Shown here piece by piece: positions 18,594 to 27,718 of a stretch of 42,603 bases of DNA. This stretch comes from a candidate division FCPU426 bacterium (lineage in GTDB: Bacteria; Oederibacteriota; JAAXVQ01; JAUVAV01), in assembly GCA_030637655.1 (NCBI GenBank), contig DAOWGI010000106.1:1-42603 (forward strand). Direction: 5' to 3'. The position numbers and the translations under genes were made by a program. The notes under the pieces are model-generated. The model saw only the letters and a program-made list of their open reading frames with translations. It was not told the DNA's origin and did no database searches. The first letter of the stretch is position 1. Each line of letters opens with the position of its first letter.

Positions 18594-19850
18594 ATGCTTT
18601 TAGAGTTCAGTGTTACAAATTATATGTCTTTTAAGAAAAAGCAGACTTTAAGCATGGTAGCAAGTTCAAAAACAGAGCGACTTGAAGAAAATACCATTGA
18701 AACACGGCTTGATAAATTGCCAAGAGTATTGCGTTCTGCTGTAGTTTATGGTCCTAATGCAGGGGGGAAAAGCAATCTTCTTAGAGCTATAAAATTCATG
18801 CGTGAAGGAGTGCTTCGTTCTTCCAAGGAATCACAAGCAGACGATGAAATCAGCACTATACCATTCCTTTTTGACAGCAAGACTAGTGCTGAACCAAGTG
18901 AATTTGAAATACAGTTTATAAAGGATGAAGTCCGGTATCAATATGGTTTTTCAGTAACTAAAGAAAGGGTTATGAGTGAGTGGCTTTTGGCCTACCCCAA
19001 GGGAAGACCGCAACTTTGGTTTGATAGAAAATATGATAAATCCGGGAATAAATATAAATACGAATACAGCACATTTTTTAAGGGTTTACGCAAAGTGTGG
19101 GAGGAAAGCACTAGAGAAAATGCTTTGTTTTTATCAACAGCAGTTCAATTAAATAATGAACAACTTAAGCCTGTTTATCAGTGGTTTGCTGATATTTTTA
19201 TCGAAACAACTGGAATAGAGATTTCCAAAGATTTTTCTGCAAAAGTTTCACAAACTGCTGAAGGTAAAAAGCAATTGTTGCATTTTTTAAAAAAAGCCGA
19301 TGAGAGCATTGAAGATATTGAAGTGAAAGAAGAGAGTATTAAAAGCGAACATTTTGCAGACGATGTTCCTAGTGAGGTTAAAAAAAGATTGCTAGATCAA
19401 AAAATGTGGGATGTTTATTTTATTCATCAGCGAAGTGACGATAAAAAGCCTATTCCTATTAACTATAGTTTTGAATCCGATGGCACACGCAGGCTTTTTT
19501 CAATTGCCGGTCCGTTGGCTGATGTTTTATCTATGAATAGGATTCTATTCATAGATGAGTTGAATAAAAGTATGCATCCTCTTATGACTAGATTTTTATT
19601 AGAACAATTTCAGAATCCGAAAAACAATGAATCAAAAGCACAATTGATTTTTACAACACATGACACTTCCTTGCTGGATACAAATATCATGCGGCGGGAC
19701 CAGATTTGGTTTGTAGAAAAGAACAAGGAAAACGCGACTGAGTTGTATCCTCTAAGTGATTTCAAGCCCAGGAAAGAGACATCTCTGGAAAAAGGGTATC
19801 TCAAAGGGCGATTCGGAGCGCTGCCTTTTATTGCTGAGGAAGAAATTTAA
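18594..19850 (+). CDS. AAA_21 / RloA-like ABC-type ATPase
   Basis: MLLEFSVTNYMSFK; Walker A YGPNAGGKSN; signature ESDGTRRL; Walker B FIDE; QLIFTTH; RRDQIWFVEK; YLKGRFGALP. Confidence 0.88.
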   Translation: MLLEFSVTNYMSFKKKQTLSMVASSKTERLEENTIETRLDKLPRVLRSAVVYGPNAGGKSNLLRAIKFMREGVLRSSKESQADDEISTIPFLFDSKTSAEPSEFEIQFIKDEVRYQYGFSVTKERVMSEWLLAYPKGRPQLWFDRKYDKSGNKYKYEYSTFFKGLRKVWEESTRENALFLSTAVQLNNEQLKPVYQWFADIFIETTGIEISKDFSAKVSQTAEGKKQLLHFLKKADESIEDIEVKEESIKSEHFADDVPSEVKKRLLDQKMWDVYFIHQRSDDKKPIPINYSFESDGTRRLFSIAGPLADVLSMNRILFIDELNKSMHPLMTRFLLEQFQNPKNNESKAQLIFTTHDTSLLDTNIMRRDQIWFVEKNKENATELYPLSDFKPRKETSLEKGYLKGRFGALPFIAEEEI

Positions 19851-20504
19851 ATGGCTCCAGATCAACTTCGTTATAAGCAGCGCGGAAAAAGAAAAAAAGA
19901 ACTCGCTCGTCGTAAAGCCTTTCGCGCAACGAATACAGTCGTTTTCATTATATGCGAGGGTAAAACAGAGAGGGAGTATTTCAAGTTTATCAGGAATCAG
20001 TTGAGATTAACTACTCTGAATATTGAAGTTGTTGAAGAAGAACATGGTTCGGATCCTTTAAGCGTAGTTAATACCGCAATAGACAAACTGAAAACAGATT
20101 CAGATTATGACCGGGCTTTTTGTGTGTTTGACCGTGATAAACACACAACTTATTATGATGCGATACATAAAATTGCGCATAACAAACATAAAAATAAGCT
20201 TATGTCGATAGTATCAGTGCCGTGTTTTGAATTTTGGCTGCTGTTGCATTTTACATACACGACGCGGTCTTTTGACACTGCCGGGGATGCATCAAACTGT
20301 AATGAGGTCATACATGAACTCAGGAAATATATTCCGGGGTATCAAAAAGGCCAAAGAGAGCAATTTGCGGAGATGTGGGACCGAAGAGACGAAGCGATAA
20401 AACGGGCAAAGCAAATTGAGGCATTTCATGAAACCTCCGGCGCGGATAATCCGTCGACAGAGATGTATAAAGTGATGGAGTATTTGGAGGAAATGGGGAA
20501 GTAA
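19851..20504 (+). CDS. RloB family protein (TOPRIM-like)
   Basis: IICEGKTEREYF, CVFDRD, SVPCFEFWLLLHF, NPST. Confidence 0.88.
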   Translation: MAPDQLRYKQRGKRKKELARRKAFRATNTVVFIICEGKTEREYFKFIRNQLRLTTLNIEVVEEEHGSDPLSVVNTAIDKLKTDSDYDRAFCVFDRDKHTTYYDAIHKIAHNKHKNKLMSIVSVPCFEFWLLLHFTYTTRSFDTAGDASNCNEVIHELRKYIPGYQKGQREQFAEMWDRRDEAIKRAKQIEAFHETSGADNPSTEMYKVMEYLEEMGK

Positions 20505-20513
20505 AAGCTATAT

Positions 20514-20876
20514 ATATATCCGCGCATAAATAAAGGGACATTAATTCTGTCACCCCGGCATGATTTTAGCCGGGGTCCAGGAATTGTTGTTTATATATTA
20601 TAACGTTTTTCTGGATACCGCCCCGGCTAACTACATGCCGGGGTGACGAGAGCCGGTATGACGGCTTAAACAATGTAACAGTTCAGTGAAGTGATTTTTA
20701 TCGTTTGTCATCCCCGAATGCTTTAATCGGGGAACCAGAGGCTTTGATTTTAAAGGAATTAAAAGTCACTGGATACCCGCTTACTACATGCGGGTATGAC
20801 AACCTTTGTTTAACCGCAGTTCACTGAACTGTTACTAAACAATGCCGATGTCCCTTTATTTATGTGCGGTTATATA
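20514..20876. mobile_element. Non-autonomous MITE-like element (outer) with TA-rich ends
   Basis: Terminal inverted repeat ccgcgcataaataaagggacat (20520-20541) / atgtccctttatttatgtgcgg (20848-20869), 21/22 match, flanked by tata. Confidence 0.7.
20675..20835. mobile_element. Inner MITE with perfect 16-bp TIRs and an 8-bp target-site duplication
   Basis: gtaacagttcagtgaa / ttcactgaactgttac, with TSD taaacaat at 20667-20674 and 20836-20843. Carries a tgtcatccccg...cgggtatgaca palindromic unit. Confidence 0.85.
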
Positions 20877-21155
20877 GTAGACATCAAAATGATTAAAAAC
20901 TTTGATGAGGTGGAAATTCAATTGGGTGATTTACAGGTGGATGGGGGAAAGGAAGAAAAGATGGTTATTACAGCGGCATTGGAGGAGAGTCGGATTGAGT
21001 TGGAAGCGTGGATCAAAAGTATATTGACTACGTCCTCTGCCTGTGACTGTTTTTTTGGTAAGCAGTAAAAAATATGCATGAATTTTTGTATTTGCCAGTC
21101 TAATTTTGTAAGAATTTGGCGGTTGACAGAACCGGCTAATTAATATAAGAAGCAC

Positions 21156-21194
21156 TCACCGCATACCCGAAAGACGGGCACGAGGAGACGCAAA
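21156..21194 (+). repeat. 39-bp dispersed repeat, copy 2
   Basis: tcaccgcatacccgaaagacgggcacgaggagacgcaaa; see 8326-8364. Confidence 0.8.
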
Positions 21195-21261
21195 GGACGC
21201 AGAGCAATAATTATGGTAAAAGCATAAAAATGAAAATCAATCACGGTGTGGGAAGATTACC

Positions 21262-21518
21262 ATGAGTGAATTTAAGGTTGTTGTAGAAAAATTTGAGGAA
21301 AATCAGAAGAGAATTGTTGAGGTTATGAATTACCGTTTTGATCAAGTAGATGCAAAATTTGAAAAAGTAAACAAGGATATCTTTGGTTTAAAAGAAGGTG
21401 TTCATTCGTTAAAGCAGCCTTGCTGCATGAGGGTCAAACAGCGATTCGCGCGGATTTGCGCAGAAAAGTATCTTATGACGATTTCGAGATGTTGGAAAAG
21501 CGGGTGGCGCGATTAGAG
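21262..21518 (+). pseudogene. Frameshifted coiled-coil hypothetical protein
   Basis: The heptad coiled coil MSEFKVVVEKFEENQK...LKEGVHSLK continues in the -1 frame as LLHEGQTAIRADLRRKVSYDDFEMLEKRVARLE. That frame then runs into antisense bioD. Confidence 0.55.
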
Positions 21519-21578
21519 TGTGTGGGGACGATTCCTCTGGGGTTTTTTATTACAAACGTTAGAAGCGTGATACCTATT

Positions 21579-22253
21579 TTACGTCTCCAGTTTAAAGCTG
21601 GAAAAATCAACTACCACGAGTTTTTTCTCTATATTTAGGAATGGAACGAATACGAATGGCAAATGCGGATAGCGTTCTCTCAATAATGCTTCTGTGTTCT
21701 TGGTTATTTCCAGTGTAGATGGAATAGCCAGGGAATAACAAATTCCCAATACAGGAACATTTTTATTTGCCAGCATTTCCAGGGTCAGCAGGGTATGGTT
21801 AATACTACCCAGCTTGGGAGAACTGACCACCACGCAGGGATAGCGGCGTTCTGTAAGGAAATCGAGTATGGTATACGATGGAGTTAAGGGCACGCAAATG
21901 CCGCCTGCGCCTTCCATGAGCACATACTCAAATTCTTTGGTTAGTCTGTCTGTGGCCTGGTCAATTTTATCAGGATTAATGGTTTTGTTTTCCATGCCGG
22001 CGGCCAAATGGGGAGAGGCTGGATAGGAAAACACATAAGGGCAGGTGATTCCTTGCTGATCGTATGCATGCAAGGATTCCTGCATGAATTGGCGATGCAT
22101 TAGCAGGTCTTCCGGAGGATGTGTGCTTCCGGTTTGAACCAGTTTGCAGGTAATCACGGATTTGCCCTGGTCTTTTAGATACCTAGCCAGCGCTCCGGTC
22201 ACATAGGTTTTGCCAACCCCGGTGTCGATACCAGTAATAAAAATAACGCTCAT
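21579..22253 (-). CDS. bioD: Dethiobiotin synthase
   Basis: FITGIDTGVGKT, K.VQTG, PASPHLAA, EGAGG, LGSINHTLLT. Confidence 0.95.
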   Translation of the reverse strand: MSVIFITGIDTGVGKTYVTGALARYLKDQGKSVITCKLVQTGSTHPPEDLLMHRQFMQESLHAYDQQGITCPYVFSYPASPHLAAGMENKTINPDKIDQATDRLTKEFEYVLMEGAGGICVPLTPSYTILDFLTERRYPCVVVSSPKLGSINHTLLTLEMLANKNVPVLGICYSLAIPSTLEITKNTEALLRERYPHLPFVFVPFLNIEKKLVVVDFSSFKLET

Positions 22254-23008
22254 TTTTTTCTCCGTAAAATACAGTAAAAGGGATGAAAGGTCAGCGGCAC
22301 TCCCTGGTCACACTTGAATTGCTGATCATACTTCTGCGCAAAGGCATTCAAGGTGCTTTTGGACCAGGCTTGCTGATACAAACTATTCACACCTGTAGTT
22401 TTAAGATGTTTGAGCACAGCCATGCCATCGGAAAAATACAAAGGGATGGTTTGGTCAGAACAAAAGATGATCTCGAAATGGAGTTTGGCAATTTTATGCA
22501 TCTGTTGCTGATCCAGGTATTGGAGACCGGGCCCCAGGAGCTGTCGGATTTCTTTAAAATGATCCGGACCAAAAGCCGAGAACGCGACCACCCCTTTTGG
22601 ATTTAGCAGGCGCTTGAATTTTTCCAGTAGTTTATCCAAAGCTGAGACCCATTGGAAGGCTGCGTTGGAAATAATCAGATCAAGTTCAGCTGGAAAATCG
22701 GTTATAGACTCACAATCGCCGGCCAGGAAGCGAATCTTTTTTGAAATCCTTTGAATCAGGGGTGCTACCTCGGCTACCAAATCATTGGCAGTAAAATTGC
22801 TAAAAGATAATTGCGCATGTACTTGTTTGGTTAAAAGTCCGGTTCCGCAGCCGATCTCAAGCAGGTTGGGGAATTGCTTACCGCTCTTTTCTTGTAGACT
22901 GGACAACAAAAACTCGGACATCTGTTTTTGAACCTGCGCACAGCGATTGTAGGTGGTGATGGATTTTTTGAAGCGCTGTTTGATGCGGTCTTTATTCATG
23001 GCTGACAT
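22250..23008 (-). CDS. bioC: Malonyl-ACP O-methyltransferase BioC
   Basis: IKQRF.K...TY...A.VQ; SAM motif LLEIGCGTG; SNAAFQW; LKTTGVN; in the bio operon. Confidence 0.9.
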   Translation of the reverse strand: MSAMNKDRIKQRFKKSITTYNRCAQVQKQMSEFLLSSLQEKSGKQFPNLLEIGCGTGLLTKQVHAQLSFSNFTANDLVAEVAPLIQRISKKIRFLAGDCESITDFPAELDLIISNAAFQWVSALDKLLEKFKRLLNPKGVVAFSAFGPDHFKEIRQLLGPGLQYLDQQQMHKIAKLHFEIIFCSDQTIPLYFSDGMAVLKHLKTTGVNSLYQQAWSKSTLNAFAQKYDQQFKCDQGVPLTFHPFYCILRRKK

Positions 23009-23675
23009 GGACAAAAATATCCTCCCAGCGTTTCCAGCGATAAAAGGGAAAATGGCCGCTCTTGATCACCTGGCAGGTGCTCTGGTTTTTCCAGAAGCGC
23101 AGTTGGTTCTTGGCCGGCATAATCAAATCCCGGCTGCTGATGATGGTCATGTCATAACCCATAGCTTCACGGGCAGGGGTCTCAGCCTCTATCATTTGCT
23201 TGAGTTGGGACAATTCTTCGGCTTGTTCTGAGAAAGCACGAACAGGTCGTTGGGCCCTGAAACGTGCTTCTTCTTGTTCATCCATAAGCATATTGCTATA
23301 AAAATCACCCAAGGTAGCGGGCGAGAGATGTTGCAGTGTAGAAGCGAAAATATCCGGAGCAATGCCATATTGTTGATGAATGGGTTGCAGGGTCCCGTTG
23401 ATTGCTACAGAAAAAGCAGTGCGATCCGGCAGGAGATTTTTTAGGGATTGACTGACCCAGACGCCCAGAGACCAGGCCAGTAAGTAAATCTCCTTATAGG
23501 GGCGAAAAAGCGCTTTTACATCCACCGGGAAGCTAAGATCACGATAATCATAGAGCATAAACACGTCGTGTGATTCACTGTCCAGAAAACAGAAGGGTTG
23601 TTCATCCAGGCCCCAACCATTCATAAAGAGGAGTAGTTTATCTTTTTGCTGCTGTATTATCCATTTGCTTTTCAT
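22992..23675 (-). CDS. bioG: Pimeloyl-ACP methyl esterase, BioG/DUF452 family
   Basis: LLLFMNGWG.D, YDYRDL, nucleophile AWSLG, AINGT..P....GI, D.IMP..NQ..FW, HFPF. Confidence 0.8.
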   Translation of the reverse strand: MKSKWIIQQQKDKLLLFMNGWGLDEQPFCFLDSESHDVFMLYDYRDLSFPVDVKALFRPYKEIYLLAWSLGVWVSQSLKNLLPDRTAFSVAINGTLQPIHQQYGIAPDIFASTLQHLSPATLGDFYSNMLMDEQEEARFRAQRPVRAFSEQAEELSQLKQMIEAETPAREAMGYDMTIISSRDLIMPAKNQLRFWKNQSTCQVIKSGHFPFYRWKRWEDIFVHVSHE

Positions 23676-23687
23676 ATTTGCCTGCCT

Positions 23688-24872
23688 TCACAGCATGGAT
23701 TTGATTAATGGTACTATTGGTTCAAGATCTTGCCAGGTCATGTCCGCGGTTAAGGATATCCGGAGCCGGGAAGTGCCTTTGGGAACTGTGGGAGGACGGA
23801 TGGCAAACAACAGAAATCCGTTTTCCTGTAAAAAATTTGCGGTCCTAAGCGTTTGCGCGTTTTCTCCCAGTAGGATGGGAATAATATGGCTCTCTCCCCG
23901 GGTCTGCAAACCGGCAATTTTCAGAGCAGTACGGAATTGAGCAGCCAAGTATTTGAGATGATCACGTCTGCTTTGGAGTTGCGGAAGTTGCTCCCACAAG
24001 AAATTTAGCCACTGCGTTTGGATGGGCGGCAGGGCGGTAGTGAAGATGAAAGAACGCATGGTATTGATCAAATAATCTTTGACTACCTGATCGGCTACCA
24101 GATAGGCGCCCAAAGCAGCCAGGGCTTTGCCAAAGGTGCCTACCAAAAAATCAATGTCCTGAATAGTGTTGGTGGTTTCGCTGACACCCAATCCGGAATT
24201 GCCGCACACCCCAACTGCGTGTGCCTCATCCACATACAACCAGGCTGAGTATTTTTGTTTGAGCGTGACCAGTTGGGGAAGATCAGCTACATCACCGTCC
24301 ATACTAAAAATACTCTCAGTAATGATGACGGCATTTTTGCCTTGAGCACGATGTTTTTGCAACAACTGTTTCAAGTGAGCATAGTCCAAATGATGATAAC
24401 GATAGAGTTTGGCTCCGGACAATCGAATGCCGTCTATTAGACTGGCATGGTTCAAACGATCGGAAAACACCATGTCCTGAGGACTCAGCAAGGCAGGGAG
24501 AATACCGACGTTGGCATGGTAGCCGGAGGTAAAGGAAAGCGCAGCCTCGCGATTATAGCGTTGGGCCAGGGTCTTTTCCAAGCGGACATGAGGCGCTTGC
24601 GTACCGGTCAAAAGCCGGGAAGAGGAGGCGCCGGGGCTGTACTCGCTCAAACTATTTGCTTGAGTGCGCAAAGCAAAAAAAATATTCTGCAGAGATAGAT
24701 CCACAGCCAGACCGAGATAATCATTGGAAGAGCAATTGAGGTATTTTTTGCCGGCCAGCCAAACATAAGCACCTTCGCGTTTTTCCAGTGTGCGCAAAGA
24801 GCGCAGATTGTCATTGGCCAGAAGTTGATCCAGAGTTGCTTGCAAGCCGGCAAATGAATTTGTTGCTGACAT
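23688..24872 (-). CDS. bioF: 8-amino-7-oxononanoate synthase
   Basis: SSNDYLGL, SSRLLTG, SGYHAN, DRLNHASLIDG, ESIFSMDGD, DEAHA, GTFGKA, AIRPPTVP. Confidence 0.95.
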   Translation of the reverse strand: MSATNSFAGLQATLDQLLANDNLRSLRTLEKREGAYVWLAGKKYLNCSSNDYLGLAVDLSLQNIFFALRTQANSLSEYSPGASSSRLLTGTQAPHVRLEKTLAQRYNREAALSFTSGYHANVGILPALLSPQDMVFSDRLNHASLIDGIRLSGAKLYRYHHLDYAHLKQLLQKHRAQGKNAVIITESIFSMDGDVADLPQLVTLKQKYSAWLYVDEAHAVGVCGNSGLGVSETTNTIQDIDFLVGTFGKALAALGAYLVADQVVKDYLINTMRSFIFTTALPPIQTQWLNFLWEQLPQLQSRRDHLKYLAAQFRTALKIAGLQTRGESHIIPILLGENAQTLRTANFLQENGFLLFAIRPPTVPKGTSRLRISLTADMTWQDLEPIVPLIKSML

Positions 24873-24890
24873 TTTACTACCTCAGATTTA

Positions 24891-26276
24891 TTATTGCTGG
24901 TCTACCGAAGCCAGGGCTTTTTGTATACTAATCAGACTTTTTTGCAGAATCGCATCAATATCCGGTTTTTGTATAACTAAGGGCAAAAACCAATAAATTG
25001 TGTTGTCCAGCGGACGCAAGAGCAAATTGTTTTTAATGGATTCAAAATATATTTTTTGACCAATACGTAAAGCAGGATCAAATGCCCGGCTTTGCGAACG
25101 GCTCTTTACAATATCAATAGCGCCCACAAAACCCAAGAAACGTATATCTCCGACAAAATCATACTGTCCCCATTCCCGCAGACGCTGGTGAAAATAGTGC
25201 ATGACCTCAACTTGACTCTCAGGCAAATGCTGTTCCTGAAAGAGTTTTAGATTGGCAATGGCCGCTGCGCAGCATAGAGCATTGGCAGTATAGGTGTGGC
25301 CGTGAAAAAAGGTTTTGGGTGCTACAGCATCGCTGTAAAAGGCTTGATAAATATGCTCGTGCGTTACGGTCAGAGCCATAGGCAGATACCCGGCAGTCAA
25401 TCCCTTGGATAGACAGAGAATATCCGGAACAACTTTCGCTTGTTGGTAGGCAAAGAGCGTGCCGGTCCGGCCAAATCCGGTGGCTACTTCGTCGAAGATG
25501 AGGAGGATATCCAATTCAGAAGTAAGTTTGCGCAATTTTTGCAGATATTCCGGAGGATAAAAAGAAATACCCGCAGCTCCCTGCATCAGGGGTTCGACAA
25601 TAACCGCGGCAATTGATTCTTTTTCTTTGCTTAACAGCGTTTCCATACTGGAAAAACATTCCAAAGCACAAGCGGTCTCTTGGGCTGAATAAGTAAATTT
25701 TGAGCAACGATGCGGACACTGCCGGCAATTAGGAGCCTCAGTTTGAAATGATTTGAATCGGAGAGGCGCATACAACTCGTGATACAAGGCGATCCCGCTC
25801 ACACTCATGGATCCGGCGGTGTCGCCATGATACGCATTGTCCAGAAACACAAAACGGGTCCTGGATTTTTTGCCGATATTCTGAAAATATTGAAAAGCCA
25901 TTTTGAGCGCGATCTCAGTGGAGGTGGCCCCGTTGTCGGAAAAGAAAAAGCGGGTGAGGGAAGGATCAAGCAGGGAATGCAGACGGTCAATCACCTCTGC
26001 GGCACCAGGATGCGTAATGCCGGCAAACAGCACATGCTCCAATTGTTCCAGTTGCCGGGCAATGTTGTGATTAATTTTCGGGTGGCCATGACCGTGCACA
26101 TTGCACCACCAGGAGGAAATGGTATCGTAGTATTCATTGCCATCCGCATCATACAGTTTCACACCCCGGCCTTTGACCATGACAATAGGATCGCGCTGCT
26201 CGTAATCCTTCATCTGAGTATAGGGATGCCAAATGTGGTTGCGGTCAATGGTTAGGGTTTGTTGTTTGTCGTACAT
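24891..26276 (-). CDS. bioA: Adenosylmethionine-8-amino-7-oxononanoate aminotransferase
   Basis: IWHPYTQM, SSWWCNVHGH, YHGDT, FDEVATGFGRTG, KGLTAGYLP, HGHTYTAN. Confidence 0.95.
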   Translation of the reverse strand: MYDKQQTLTIDRNHIWHPYTQMKDYEQRDPIVMVKGRGVKLYDADGNEYYDTISSWWCNVHGHGHPKINHNIARQLEQLEHVLFAGITHPGAAEVIDRLHSLLDPSLTRFFFSDNGATSTEIALKMAFQYFQNIGKKSRTRFVFLDNAYHGDTAGSMSVSGIALYHELYAPLRFKSFQTEAPNCRQCPHRCSKFTYSAQETACALECFSSMETLLSKEKESIAAVIVEPLMQGAAGISFYPPEYLQKLRKLTSELDILLIFDEVATGFGRTGTLFAYQQAKVVPDILCLSKGLTAGYLPMALTVTHEHIYQAFYSDAVAPKTFFHGHTYTANALCCAAAIANLKLFQEQHLPESQVEVMHYFHQRLREWGQYDFVGDIRFLGFVGAIDIVKSRSQSRAFDPALRIGQKIYFESIKNNLLLRPLDNTIYWFLPLVIQKPDIDAILQKSLISIQKALASVDQQ

Positions 26277-26293
26277 ATAAATTCACCTTTATT

Positions 26294-26321
26294 GTAGGGG
26301 CACAAAATTTTGTGCCCCTAC
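26294..26321. repeat. GTAG-type perfect 28-bp palindrome between bioB and bioA
   Basis: gtaggggcacaaaa|ttttgtgcccctac, identical to 28700-28727. Confidence 0.9.
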
Positions 26322-26324
26322 GGA

Positions 26325-27332
26325 TTAAAAATGTTCTAATTCTTGCATAAATACCTGATCTTCTTCAGTCTTCCGGCCGCGGGTGGTGAGGTAGCCGCCG
26401 GTGAGTAGTCCGTTGGCACCGGAGAGCATGAGCAGGCCCTGGAAATCCTTCAGCTTGGTTTCACGGCCGGCGGCCAATTTTATAATTTTCAGGGGATGAA
26501 TGAGACGGTATAGGGCAAAGGTTTTGGCAATCTCAGCAACAGGAATTGGCGGTTGGTGCTCAGCCGCGGTACCGGACAAGGGAATCAGTACATTCAGAGG
26601 AATCACATCCACATCCAGTTCTTTTAAAGCATATGCCAGCTCAATACGATCGAGCATGCTTTCGCCCAAACCGAGAATACCACCTACACAGGTTTTGATC
26701 CCGTTGTTTTGCAAAAGTCGAATTGTACGGATACGGCAAGCAACAGCATGCGTCGTGGCGACCAATTCAGCGTACCGGGCAGGATTGACCTGCAAATTGA
26801 TGTTGTAATGCGCGATCTTGGCTTGCGCTAAAGCTCGGGCTGTTTCCTCACTCAATTCACCTAAGGAGGCGCATACCTGCAAATCCGGATACTTGGCATG
26901 AATAGCTTGGATAGCGGATAGAATTTTTATGAATTCGTCATCCAGGACAGTATAGCCGGTTCCGCTGGTCACAATACCAAAACTGCGGATGCCATGGCTG
27001 TAGGTTTTTTCTGCGGCAGCGAGAATTTGTTCTTGCTTAACCAGGGCGTAGGTCTCGATCTCAGAGGTATGACGGCCGGACTGTGCGCAGAATTTACAAT
27101 CTTCAACGCAAGCGCCGGATTTGGCATTCATGATGGTGCAAGCATGGGTCTGGGACGCGAATTTATTCTTTACTTTGTTAGCCAGAGCGACCAGGTCCGG
27201 AATATCACCACCTTGCAATTGGGATAAACGGATAGCCAGTGATTTGGACAAAGGCCGGGCATCCAGAACACCGTGAGCCTCCAGTATATCCGGATGCAAA
27301 TGGATGATATTTTTAGTCTCGAGAATAGGCAT
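26325..27332 (-). CDS. bioB: Biotin synthase (radical SAM)
   Basis: NAKSGACVEDCKFCAQS, CASLG, CVGGILGLGE, IPLNVL, AAGRE, GGYLTTRG; first gene of the bio operon. Confidence 0.92.
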   Translation of the reverse strand: MPILETKNIIHLHPDILEAHGVLDARPLSKSLAIRLSQLQGGDIPDLVALANKVKNKFASQTHACTIMNAKSGACVEDCKFCAQSGRHTSEIETYALVKQEQILAAAEKTYSHGIRSFGIVTSGTGYTVLDDEFIKILSAIQAIHAKYPDLQVCASLGELSEETARALAQAKIAHYNINLQVNPARYAELVATTHAVACRIRTIRLLQNNGIKTCVGGILGLGESMLDRIELAYALKELDVDVIPLNVLIPLSGTAAEHQPPIPVAEIAKTFALYRLIHPLKIIKLAAGRETKLKDFQGLLMLSGANGLLTGGYLTTRGRKTEEDQVFMQELEHF

Positions 27333-27348
27333 AAAGCACCTCGCTGAA

Positions 27349-27380
27349 TTGTTTACTTATGTACGTCAGAAAGTTGACAA
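27349..27380. promoter_or_regulatory. BirA operator upstream of bioB
   Basis: TTGTTTAC-N16-GTTGACAA, matching the TTGTnAAC...GTTnACAA BirA box geometry, immediately upstream of the bioB RBS. Confidence 0.8.
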
Positions 27381-27484
27381 TCATTGTACAACTTCAATCG
27401 GGAATTGCAATAAAAAATATAGCTACCTAGTAACATGTCAGTGAAGTGTTTTTTTGTAACAGATCAGTCATGCATTTTTTTGTT

Positions 27485-27626
27485 TGTCATTCCTGAATGC
27501 AGCCTCCACCCCCGTTATCCCCGAATGCTTATATCGGGGATATGGTTTTAAAAAAACCAGATTCCTGCTGAAGGCGTCCCTATATATCTTTTCCGGTTGG
27601 GGCCGATTAAACCCTCGGGAATGACA
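27485..27626. repeat. TGTCAT...ATGACA palindromic repeat element, copy A
   Basis: 27517-27626 is nearly identical to 37250-37357. Preceded by degenerate gtaac..tcagtgaag ends (27430, 27456) like those of the inner MITE at 20675. Confidence 0.8.
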
Positions 27627-27718
27627 GGCAAACGGCACTTTTAGTACCATCATTGATAGGTTACCTGCCTTTGAATTTTCGCATTGTTTTTATACCCATA
27701 TTGCGTTTAAACTAAGGC

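Noticed and set aside
20862-21068. 68-aa ORF after the MITE
   Set aside because: Starts inside the MITE end. It only weakly resembles an ATPase N-terminus, has no Walker A, and cannot be supported as a gene.
21160-21205. c-di-GMP-I riboswitch (gaaa...gacgcaaag)
   Set aside because: Lacks the GGCAAA lead-in and the second stem with tetraloop receptor; also occurs as an inverted copy at 8326.
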